Part shown: positions 10,644 to 20,544 of the stretch, piece by piece
Layout: each line of letters begins with the position of its first letter
How positions within the stretch are numbered: the first letter of the stretch is position 1
Position numbers and translations under genes: made by a program
The notes under the pieces: generated by a model
Seen by the model: the letters and a program-made list of their open reading frames with translations, nothing else
What the model was told of the DNA's origin: nothing
Database searches by the model: none
Source: Trichomonas gallinae
Taxonomy: Eukaryota
NCBI GenBank assembly: GCA_008369845.1
Contig: MRSU01010355.1
Coordinates: 1 to 42,048, forward strand
Direction of reading: 5' to 3'
DNA: 42,048 bases

Positions 10644-13600
10644 ATGAGTGAAGAAGCTAATAAATCTGCACCTAATGAACAAAATGCAGATACTCATGAT
10701 GAATCTCTTGTAACTATCACAAAAAATCTGCAAGAATTCTATCAAAATCAAGATTTTCAGAATTTATATTCAACTTTAAATCGAGTTTCATTCATAGTTA
10801 GCTCTAGCACAACCGACAAAGTTAATATATCGAAATTATTCAACATTATATTCGAAATATTTCAAGAAATACCAAATGGTCGATACTCAAATATCTTAAT
10901 AATCATAATTCATCAAATTCTTGCAGATAAATCAGTAAAAGAGCATATATTAATTCAATGGAAACAGCTGTTTGAGCTCTTTTATTCCCTCTTTTTAACT
11001 CATTCGAAATTATGCTACAAAACATATTCTCCAGCATTCGCATCTCAATTTATTTCGATTATTATTGAATCTACTGAATACTTTACTCCAGATTCAGCAA
11101 CAGAAATTGAAAATATCTTATTACCAAAATTAGACTATTCTAATCCTCAGTTTATACTTGCATTCTGCTTATTATGCATATTCCTGCCGCCAAATACTTC
11201 AGAGGCAATCTTCTTACAAATATTAGACATTTACACTAAATTAAATACGAAATCACTCGATAATATATGCTTAAAGTTCTTAGTACGTTATCTGAAGAAT
11301 CATGATCAGCAAAATATTGATCCGAGGTATATAATTTTATTATTTAACAAATTTGTCTCAGAATCTGACAACAATGTTGCATTTCAATCAGATATTGATC
11401 TATTTTGTTCAGATGCGAGCTGCAAATCCCTATATGCCGAACTTTTTGTTTTGCTAATCAAATCAAATGAAAAAACTTTGTCAATTCTCCAGAAGCTGAT
11501 GAAAATTTTTGATTCTAAGTACGACAATGAGTTCATTGAATCTTTAGTCTATCATTTTCAAGTATCAAATATATCAGAAGCAGTGAAGAAATCATTTGTT
11601 CAAATAGTTTTACCCGTTTTCATCCATAGAATGTTTACTCCTCCATTTTCTTCAAAAAATTTGCATTTCCTTGTTGATCTTTCGCAACAATATGCAACAA
11701 CAGCCATTTTAGATGCTGTTGAGAATATCAAAGACAAACAAAACATTGTCAATGCTTTATTAGAAATCAATGATGCAATGGCAAACAACAAAGATCAAAT
11801 CGAAGATTATTATCTCGAAGTCTTATCAATTGTCGATGATATAAGTTCAGTTGACACAGAGCTAACATTGCAGATATTTAAACTCTATGCTCGTTTCACA
11901 TCAGTCTTTCCTATTGATGACAGTTTGAGCGACTGGATAAATTCAGTTTTCACGAAAGCAATCGAAATTTCACAAGTTTCTATTCTCGAGAAAGAAATAC
12001 AAGAAAACATCAGACAGTTATTGATCAATGTCTTGTCAAATGCTGATGGTGAAATGCTCTGGTCTCTCATGGAAACATTTCGTGAAAACATGGATCAAAT
12101 TTTGTGCGAAAACATTGGACCTTTTGTTGATGCTTTTCCTATTTCAACATTCATCGATTTCTGTTTCAATGAAGAAGCAAGAGTCAACTATTTCATTGTT
12201 CAAAGACTACTGAAGAATAGTGGACTGTTTTTAGATGATAAAGTTGCTACAATGATCAAATCATCTATTTGCAATGCAGATCAAAGCATCAGAAAAATTG
12301 GAAAAAGTATTGTCAAGCAAACACTACTAAATCTCGTCGGAACATATCCACATTACATGGCTTTCATGAAGAAGCCGCAACTCAACAAACCATCAAATGA
12401 TTTCGATAAAGCAAGGATGATATTTAATTTAGTCCTCAAAACAATACAAGCTAATTTTAATGGAAAAGACTATCAAACGCAAATAGATTATATCGAAACT
12501 CTCAAAGTTTTACTTGATTTTAGTCATTTTGACGAAAATATTTCCGTTGAAATCATAAACTATTTGACAAGTATGCAAGTGAACACGATGCATTCTAATG
12601 TTATCTCAAAAATAATTGAATCATTTGCAGTCATTTTCGAGTACAAATCAAAGAAATATGAAAAACCAGAGATTCTTTACCACAAAGCAAAAATCGAAAT
12701 CATCAACGAAAACAATTTCTCTAAGACAGTTTCTCCAAACATTACTAATTTGATCTACAACTACCTCTTAGAGTTTCCTGTCAGATCATTGAAACAAAAT
12801 GTAGTTGAATCTATTGTTAAACTGTTGACAGCAGCATCAAAAATCGATCCACACTTTTCCGATAATTTTGAAAAATTCATTTTAAAGTTCAAAGAAAACA
12901 TAGACGAAAACTTCTTCAAGATCTTGAATGTTTTCGTCGAAAATGTTGAAATAATTAAGCAATTTAATCAATTATCAGATCTTATTCAAACATTATCTGA
13001 AACTGAGCTCAAAGATGAAAGAAATGAGATAATCGATTTTCTTGATTCTGTTGATTTTTATTCTACGATTTTCGACACTGATCCACTTCTCCAGCAAAGA
13101 ATTGAAACAATGTCTAAATTGATAGATATGACTGAGATAAATACAGAAATCAAAGGTTTTGTTATTGCTGTCATTTCTTCGTTAATTGATGGAAAAAGAT
13201 TTGCGATTTCTTCAAAATCAACAAAATTTGTCATCAACTGTTTAATTTCTGATGATCAATATATTAGAAAGACTGCACTCGATGCTTTAACAAAAATCAT
13301 TGAATATCTCATTCCAAGAACACAATACTATTCATCAAATAATGATTTAAGACTTACACAAAGAAAGAAGAAATCAGTTATTATGTCAAATACCGACAAG
13401 CAATCTAATGAATATCTTTCAAACTATTTCAAGGATAATGTCAACGAAAGAATAGAAATGCATAAGATCCTCGATGAATTTTTGGCAGATATACATCATT
13501 GCCTTGAGTTAATTGTTGCTGACGATGAACCTGTTTTCTCGCAATCTTATTATAAATTTTTCATTGCTTTGATGAGATTTTATGGAGAAAAGTTTACAGA

Positions 13601-14699
13601 AATTATTTTCGAAATTGCCGAACATCTATTTGAAACTGGTTCGTTTTCAGGAACCATGTTTGCCAATGAATGCATCTCAGCATTCATTAATACTTATCAT
13701 TACACAAATGATCAGAAGAATTTGTCAAAATTATTTGAGTTCATAGCAAAATATTCACATCTAATGATTATTCCTTCTTCTTTGTGCTCATCGAAAGATC
13801 CTAAGAAGTATGAATTCATAACAGAGTACATCTTAACTTTGCCACCATCAGATGATTTATACTTATTTGCTCTTCCTTTCGCAGTAAGAAACGAAAAATT
13901 AAGAGATCATATTTTGTTGAATACTCAAAACGTCCAAATTATTTCCGAACTTTCTGCTTTTTCACCCGAACAAATCTTCGAAAAGCAAATGAATAATAAC
14001 ATTTTCCCTTTATACTTGACAACATTGTTTAATGAGCAAAACATTTCATCAATAGCTACAATGAAAATAATGAATGAAAAAATCAACCAAATATTTGAAA
14101 CTTTATCTGATGAAAAAAGCGAAGATGAAACAATAGAGAACATTACAAACGCAATCAAATCAATATCATTTTATATTGACCAAGGTTTCTCCTTTAATTT
14201 CACAGCTGTTGATCAAAAATGGCTTGTTTTAGTTTCACAACTTGAACTATTAGAAGCATTATTTGACAGCGCAGTATTTTCAGTTGATGAACACGCAAGC
14301 GATATTATTCTCGACTTCTTAGTCCCATGCATGATGATTGGCACCACAGAAATTATTGGATCAGCGCAAAGACTCTTGACACTTGCCTTCGAAAGATTTT
14401 ATTCTCTTCAAGAAAACATTGATGTTTTTGTTGGCGTTTTCTGCAAAATGTGTCAAGATGATAATTCTTTGTCTGCTGGTCTTGCAGGTCTAGTCTCCAT
14501 TGTCAGTGGTACTCCTCTGTTTGGATCTGTTCCACAATATATAGCTGATGCTCTAACTGTACTTAATTATAATTCTTCATCTAACCCTCAGATCTCAGAA
14601 TTTTTATCAATATTTTGGTCTAAATATGAAGATACATTTACACCAAGTGCATCATTATGCTTATCACCAATTAGAAAGTCTCTCAAATCTAATATTTAA
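10644..14699 (+). CDS. PSME4: Proteasome activator PA200/Blm10-like HEAT protein, 1351 aa
   Basis: N-terminal WKQLF...EYFTPDSATEIENILLP...LLCIFLPP and C-terminal AGLAGLVSIV..TP..SVPQYI..AL...FLSIFWSKY match my recollection of PA200/Blm10 terminal blocks. Stop codon lies in a TAAA context. Confidence 0.7.
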   Translation: MSEEANKSAPNEQNADTHDESLVTITKNLQEFYQNQDFQNLYSTLNRVSFIVSSSTTDKVNISKLFNIIFEIFQEIPNGRYSNILIIIIHQILADKSVKEHILIQWKQLFELFYSLFLTHSKLCYKTYSPAFASQFISIIIESTEYFTPDSATEIENILLPKLDYSNPQFILAFCLLCIFLPPNTSEAIFLQILDIYTKLNTKSLDNICLKFLVRYLKNHDQQNIDPRYIILLFNKFVSESDNNVAFQSDIDLFCSDASCKSLYAELFVLLIKSNEKTLSILQKLMKIFDSKYDNEFIESLVYHFQVSNISEAVKKSFVQIVLPVFIHRMFTPPFSSKNLHFLVDLSQQYATTAILDAVENIKDKQNIVNALLEINDAMANNKDQIEDYYLEVLSIVDDISSVDTELTLQIFKLYARFTSVFPIDDSLSDWINSVFTKAIEISQVSILEKEIQENIRQLLINVLSNADGEMLWSLMETFRENMDQILCENIGPFVDAFPISTFIDFCFNEEARVNYFIVQRLLKNSGLFLDDKVATMIKSSICNADQSIRKIGKSIVKQTLLNLVGTYPHYMAFMKKPQLNKPSNDFDKARMIFNLVLKTIQANFNGKDYQTQIDYIETLKVLLDFSHFDENISVEIINYLTSMQVNTMHSNVISKIIESFAVIFEYKSKKYEKPEILYHKAKIEIINENNFSKTVSPNITNLIYNYLLEFPVRSLKQNVVESIVKLLTAASKIDPHFSDNFEKFILKFKENIDENFFKILNVFVENVEIIKQFNQLSDLIQTLSETELKDERNEIIDFLDSVDFYSTIFDTDPLLQQRIETMSKLIDMTEINTEIKGFVIAVISSLIDGKRFAISSKSTKFVINCLISDDQYIRKTALDALTKIIEYLIPRTQYYSSNNDLRLTQRKKKSVIMSNTDKQSNEYLSNYFKDNVNERIEMHKILDEFLADIHHCLELIVADDEPVFSQSYYKFFIALMRFYGEKFTEIIFEIAEHLFETGSFSGTMFANECISAFINTYHYTNDQKNLSKLFEFIAKYSHLMIIPSSLCSSKDPKKYEFITEYILTLPPSDDLYLFALPFAVRNEKLRDHILLNTQNVQIISELSAFSPEQIFEKQMNNNIFPLYLTTLFNEQNISSIATMKIMNEKINQIFETLSDEKSEDETIENITNAIKSISFYIDQGFSFNFTAVDQKWLVLVSQLELLEALFDSAVFSVDEHASDIILDFLVPCMMIGTTEIIGSAQRLLTLAFERFYSLQENIDVFVGVFCKMCQDDNSLSAGLAGLVSIVSGTPLFGSVPQYIADALTVLNYNSSSNPQISEFLSIFWSKYEDTFTPSASLCLSPIRKSLKSNI

Positions 14700-16214
14700 A
14701 TCATGTATTTTGAATTTATTTTATTATTTAAATTTATGAATAGCTTAATATTTGGAAAATATTTTTAATTGAAATATAACATAGAAATTTGATATTTTGC
14801 AAATTTTGAAGAAAATATTAATATTTTTGGGAAATTTAGATTACAAACAAAAATTGGAATATATATGCGTCAAATATGCAGTAGCACAAGCAGATCAATG
14901 AGAAATTGAAGTATGAAAATAAGGTTATATGTATTGGAGAAAAATTTCTCTCATTAAATAATGAGTTAACTACTATATCAGGACCAATAGCGATTGCGAT
15001 TGAATTTGTAAACGCATTGAAATTAGATTCCAAACTAAAAAAAAGTTGTCGTTTAATTCTAGAATTATATAGTTATCTGATGCAAACTCAAGAGGAATTG
15101 TGATACTATAGAAACTTATAACGATGAAAAGAAAAGCAATAACAATCTTTTTATCAAAAATTTGTATGAAAAATTAAAAACAAAAGTTTTTTTCTAACTT
15201 TTTACGCTCTTTTTTGGATAAATTTAGGAGTTGTATCATGTATACCATCCAATGGATTCGGTATATAATGTATACAAAAAAATATTCTTTAACTTTTTAG
15301 GAGAAACTCTATATATCAATATTTTCAGTTTTATCTCAAACTGTTTTTTCTTTTAAAATTGTGAAATTATGCATTAATACATAAATTTCGTCATTTTGAT
15401 TCGATTTACTTAAATTATTCAGAAAAGAACAAAATCTTCTCCATTCAATTTTGAAAGAATTCAATATTTTCAATTTATAGATTTATCACTTAATTTAGTT
15501 CAGCAATATATATATTATATATTAGATTCAAGCCATTTCCATATTATATATAACACTTTTGCAAGAAATTAAGTTCAATGATTCTAAATTATCGAAAATT
15601 CAAAAATAATTGCAAAAAAACGCAAATTAAACAAAATCAAAGCGTATCAAATGATTATTAATCTATAATGATCATTAATTCATATTCATTTTACAAAAAC
15701 GGAATTATTCGAAAAAAAAATAGAAAAACAAATTATAATCAACATACATAGATATTTACAGATGATATATTAATTGATCAATTTTCCATGAATAATTCGA
15801 AAATAATTTTTTTGTTCTAATATTTTCTTGGATGGTTCCAAACAATTGAAGCAATTAAACGACCAATTGTACAGAATTACAATATTAACCAACGTTATGA
15901 TTCAAATAGTTGAAGCTAGATAAAATTCAAGAATTGGATACCAAAAAATTTGAATTATAACAATATCACATTACATCCTCCATACATGATGGTTGTATAA
16001 TATTACCATGGTCTTATTTTTCAACAATTTAAAAGGAATGCCATTACTGAAATAATTACCATTGTTGAAAACCAATATTAACAACCCATGTTTGGTGCCT
16101 TAATTGAACCTAATATAATACTTCTGATTGCTTAGGAAACATTCCAGTGTTGCTTAAAAATTCATGGAAATATTGATCCATTAATTCATGTAGGCATCAT
16201 ATTAATAAAGATAA

Positions 16215-16655
16215 CTAATGATTATTCAATAACTGCTTGATGTCTAACGGATTCAATGATCTGTCACCTAAATAACATTGTTTTTCATTAATTAAATTTT
16301 CCTCAGGATCGCTACAATACATATCATAAGCTAAGAGATTTCCAAGAAGTGGATATATTACGTTCCAATGCTCAGCGAACCAGCACAATAGAGCCTGTCT
16401 ATTTCGTTTGGCCAGTCTATCAATAGGCAAATTTAATGAATAAACAGCAGTGTTTGCTAGCATTAGAAGAGATGCTGTTGTTAGATGCTTATTATACGTC
16501 TTCTCCAAGTAAGCAAGGATAAAATCGGGCAAAACGCCAACAGATTTCATTCTCCTTACAATCTTTTCATGATCTCTTATGCTCTGCTGCGAGTTCCTTT
16601 TGTACTTATCGGGTGGACGTGTCGCCATTATTATGTCAACGCATGGATTAGACAT
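16215..16655 (-). CDS. Hypothetical protein with DRLAKRN...LLCWF..HW motif, 146 aa
   Basis: Clean ATG ORF with coding-like composition. Basic helical core resembling an uncharacterised parabasalid family (recalled, not searched). Confidence 0.8.
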   Translation of the reverse strand: MSNPCVDIIMATRPPDKYKRNSQQSIRDHEKIVRRMKSVGVLPDFILAYLEKTYNKHLTTASLLMLANTAVYSLNLPIDRLAKRNRQALLCWFAEHWNVIYPLLGNLLAYDMYCSDPEENLINEKQCYLGDRSLNPLDIKQLLNNH

Positions 16656-16948
16656 TTTTCTTATAATAGCATGTAAACTATTGAAAATAATAAAATTGAA
16701 AGAGAAGTTGTCAAAAATTATTTATATCGATAATCACATATAGATCATGCTTAATTCAATTTGATTTTTCCTCACAAATTCAGAAAATTTTGCATTCAAA
16801 ATCTAATTATTTTTGTTTAAAAATGCTCTAAATCACTCGGATAACCTAGCCTCGTTCAATTGGAAGCCGATAATGAATTCAATTGAGAAATTGTTATGAC
16901 AAAAATTGAAAACAAAAAAAAATAAATAAAACAGTCTTCGTTAATTAA

Positions 16949-17074
16949 GAGGTGTACCAATGACGATAGAAATGTATTTTTGCTCCCAACTTTGCCAGTA
17001 AATTATATGCATTAATATAATGATATATACAAGTTTTGAGCCGATTTCGTTCGGACAATTCATTGGTACACCTC
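16949..17074. mobile_element. 126-bp MITE, Mutator-like by TSD length
   Basis: Perfect 15-bp TIRs: GAGGTGTACCAATGA (16949-16963) and TCATTGGTACACCTC (17060-17074). Flanks CGTTAATTAA (16939-16948) and TGTTAATTAA (17075-17084). Confidence 0.8.
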
Positions 17075-17289
17075 TGTTAATTAATTATAAAATGTATGTT
17101 GGCAGGATATATGACCTGTAGCCAAACAAAGAATGATTGAATACTGAAAAGCGCCAAAAAAAATGGTTTTTGTAAAGTGAATAAGCCCGTAGCTCTGAAC
17201 AATTTATTATAATATGCTTTCAATTAGTGTTTTAATCATACTCTGGAAAGGAAAATTGAACAAAATTGTCCCTGTGAATAAGGTGTTTG

Positions 17290-17351
17290 ACATGAATTCG
17301 TAGATACAACGATTTAGGGTCTAAATTGTATCTACAAGTCATGTACATGAC
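17290..17351. repeat. Imperfect hairpin with overlapping 14-bp perfect palindrome
   Basis: ACATGA..GTAGATACA..ATTTAG-ggt-CTAAAT-TGTATCTAC..TCATGT. GTCATGTACATGAC at 17338-17351. Confidence 0.8.
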
Positions 17352-17639
17352 GTAAATAGGTGTTTAAGATTAATTAAACGATTGAATCGCATTAAGGGGG
17401 TAAATCATTTTGATTATCGGAATTTCAAATCATTTTGCAACCGTATTATGATGCACTATTGACAAACATGAAGATTGTTATTATTCATTTTGATTCATTA
17501 ATCATTTTATTATCCTGGATATTGAATAAACAACTTTTGACTGTGATATTAAAGAAATACATTATATTCTTTATGCATATTATAGTTATATCTTGAATTA
17601 GATTCAAATCAAGACTATTTTATCTTTTAAAAAAAATAT

Positions 17640-18210
17640 CAAATTTTTTCTTCACGCACAATTGATGTACTGAATTCTCTTTTATGCTTTTTATAACATG
17701 TATAATGAATTTGAATGAATATTTGAAATCAAAACTGATATTAGCCAAATTTAGAGCATTAAAGAAAATGTTGGAGCAGTAGAACCTTCTGGTCTTGGAT
17801 AACAGTTATTTAAAAAACTGATTAAAAAATATTAATTTTCTTGAAGTTTATTCATATGGTTTGTCAATAGTAAAGTATCAGTTACATGATTCGAATCATT
17901 TTGTGCAGTGTTATGTTACCATTATACATAACATTACAAGAAAAAATTCTGATATTTTTCCACCTTCAACATAAATTTGTGAAAACGAAATTATTAACTT
18001 TATTTTTCTATAGTTAGATTGTGTTTAAAGCTATATGAATTAAAATGTCATGACATTTCATACAAAATTGAAAACTTTTCGGATTTTAGCCTTATGGAAG
18101 ATCATTCGTATTCAAGGTTGAGGAACAAAGTTCATCATATGCCATAACCTGTCATAACCCCAAAAGATAAAATCTTTATTGTATATATTAAATTTTATAC
18201 TCATCATCAC
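17640..18210 (-). pseudogene. Possible decayed secreted-protein gene remnant
   Basis: Coding-like minus-strand fragments (NNCYPRPEGSTAPTF; ALNLANISFDFKY; YTCYKKHKREFSTSIVRE) interrupted by stops and frameshifts. Boundaries approximate. Confidence 0.25.
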
Positions 18211-18560
18211 ATAACAAATAAGAATAGCCCATAAATTAACAAAATTTATCTCATTGAATTTTTAATAGAAAAGTATGATTATTTTTAATTTAAAGTTAAA
18301 TTCTATACAAAGATGTAATTAGTAAAATAATGATATTTTAATGATTTAGGATGTGATTATCCTTGCTTCTGCGCGGGCAAAATATTCAAAAACCGAAAAT
18401 TATCGTAATGTCAAAGTTTTTTTAGTTGAAATTTAGAATATTTAGCATTTCCTTTATGAATATAATATTATTGCAAAATTTTAGAAATCATTGATTGTGC
18501 TGTCCTTCTCAAACTTTCGATTTATAGCATTATCAAAAAATTCATTTTTTTCTTGACTTG

Positions 18561-18992
18561 ATGCCAATATCGTGGATGAACAACCTAAATAAGGACAAGA
18601 GGGACCAAATGAGGATGGCTGCTACACCTTTGCCATTTTATCTTAAGATAGAATCCTTTTATATTGATAAGAAGACTAAAGTGACCTATTACATCATTCA
18701 AATTGGAATCCAGGTCGGTGTTGAGATGCAGATCACGAATCTAGCTATCAGATACTCCCAGTTATTTAAGTTGAACAAGGCAATCCGCTTCAGATTGCAA
18801 AATACTGTTCAAACTGCTATATTCCCACCGAAGAAGATTTTTGGTAATAAATCTTTGCCTTTCTTAAAGCGTAGAAGAGATGCTCTCCAAATATACCTTA
18901 AGAGCCTCACAAATATTCCAAATATTTTTGAATGCAAAGAATTCATGGAAATATTTCATATTTCTCCAGATATGATCTCTATTTTTGAGTAG
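18561..18992 (+). CDS. Stand-alone PX (phosphoinositide-binding) domain protein
   Basis: TYYII, IRYSQLFKLNKAI, FPPKKIFGN and FLKRRRDALQIYL follow the PX consensus. ATG at 18561, Inr-like TCATTT at 18542. Confidence 0.88.
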   Translation: MPISWMNNLNKDKRDQMRMAATPLPFYLKIESFYIDKKTKVTYYIIQIGIQVGVEMQITNLAIRYSQLFKLNKAIRFRLQNTVQTAIFPPKKIFGNKSLPFLKRRRDALQIYLKSLTNIPNIFECKEFMEIFHISPDMISIFE

Positions 18993-19740
18993 ACTTTCTT
19001 TTTATATTATTTGTGTTTGTTATTAAATATTTTCGAATTTATTCTAATTGAATTGTTTGAATTTGTAGAAAATAATCAAAATTGACGGATGTAATTTAAT
19101 TAGTGATTGTATCCCTTTTGTTAACTGAAGCATTCCTTAATTATATTGGTAAATTCAAGAATAAATTTGCAAAATACATGATAGAACATCCAATATTCAA
19201 TGAAATACTCTCTCATTAAGTACTACAAATTCTCAAATCAGTCATGGATTCTTAATAGAACTAATTCTGTAATAATAAATTAGTTGACAAAGTATTCGAT
19301 AAAGCTAGGATTTGTTGACAAAGTATTGAAAGTTTCCATTGATATATGGTTGAAATAAACATCGGCAATGACTTAAAATAGATAAATAATGAATAATTTG
19401 ATCAAAGTTTTATTTTAACGAGTGATTTTAGCATTTTATCTAAAATGAAGTATTATGACTAATTTAAATTTTGATAAAAATATGAAAAATCATAAAAATT
19501 TATAAAAAAATTGTAAATTTTGATATTTGTTTTTAATATTTCTAAATTATAAAAAAATTTAATACTTCATGAATATAGCATTAATATAATGTATAAAAAA
19601 ATATTCTTGAATTTCTTCATAAAATCGTATTTTAATCGTAAAAATTTACAATATATTGACTAATTTTTAAGCAAAAACAGGGATAAATAGTTATAAAAAC
19701 TCTAAATTTGCAGTAACACAGCTTTTTGTAAACATAAAAA

Positions 19741-20331
19741 ATGGCGTCGCCAGCGAAACCAGAGAAAGTTAAAACAATTTTCCTCGGTAATGCGGGCGTT
19801 GGAAAAACGTCCATCATTCAGTACTTCATGTACAACCAGTTTAGCCATGATTACGAAAGCACAGTCGGAATTGATTTCTTCAACAAAGTTATTCCAGTAA
19901 ATGGACGCCAGGTTAACCTTCAGATTTGGGATACAGCTGGCCAGGAACAATTTAAGTCACTTATTCCTGGATATATTCGCGAAGCTCAAATCGTTATTTT
20001 AGTTTACGACTTAAGTGATCCAAAAACACTCGACGACTGCAAGGAATGGTACAAGCAAGTCATTGACACTCAGGGATCAATCCCAACGTTCTTCTTAGTC
20101 GGAAATAAATCTGATCTCGGCAAAACCGTATCGAATCAGGCTATAGAAGCTATCGCAAACGGACATATGACAGCCATGGAGACATCTGCAAAAACAGGAG
20201 ATGGAATCGCTGCATTATTTAAAGCAGTCGCCGATAGTGTTCAAACAGAAGTTCAGCCACAAGAGCCACAAGCTGTTGCCATCGAGGCCACTCCAGTCCA
20301 GCCACAACAACAAAAATCTGGTTGTTGTTAA
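19741..20331 (+). CDS. Rab6: Rab GTPase, Rab6-like
   Basis: GNAGVGKT, WDTAGQE, GNKSD, ETSAK and terminal CC. Rab6-type FMY..F, TVGIDF and SLIPGYIR. Subfamily less certain than Rab identity. Confidence 0.9.
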   Translation: MASPAKPEKVKTIFLGNAGVGKTSIIQYFMYNQFSHDYESTVGIDFFNKVIPVNGRQVNLQIWDTAGQEQFKSLIPGYIREAQIVILVYDLSDPKTLDDCKEWYKQVIDTQGSIPTFFLVGNKSDLGKTVSNQAIEAIANGHMTAMETSAKTGDGIAALFKAVADSVQTEVQPQEPQAVAIEATPVQPQQQKSGCC

Positions 20332-20544
20332 TTAATTATTTTCTTAAACCTTAACCTATTTTGTTTCAACACGATTTGCACACAGTAACATACTATATTT
20401 CGACTATATTTTGCTTTGTTTATAACAATTTTGAGTTTTTATTTTTACATTAATTGTGAGATTTCTATGGTGAAATAGTATTAATTAAAAACAAAACAAA
20501 CAATATTTAGTGAAGAAAAGTTATAAAACCAAAAATTAACAAAA

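Noticed and set aside
14836..15103. Overlapping 65-aa ORFs on both strands
   Set aside because: Non-ATG starts and no motifs; at most a pseudogene scrap.
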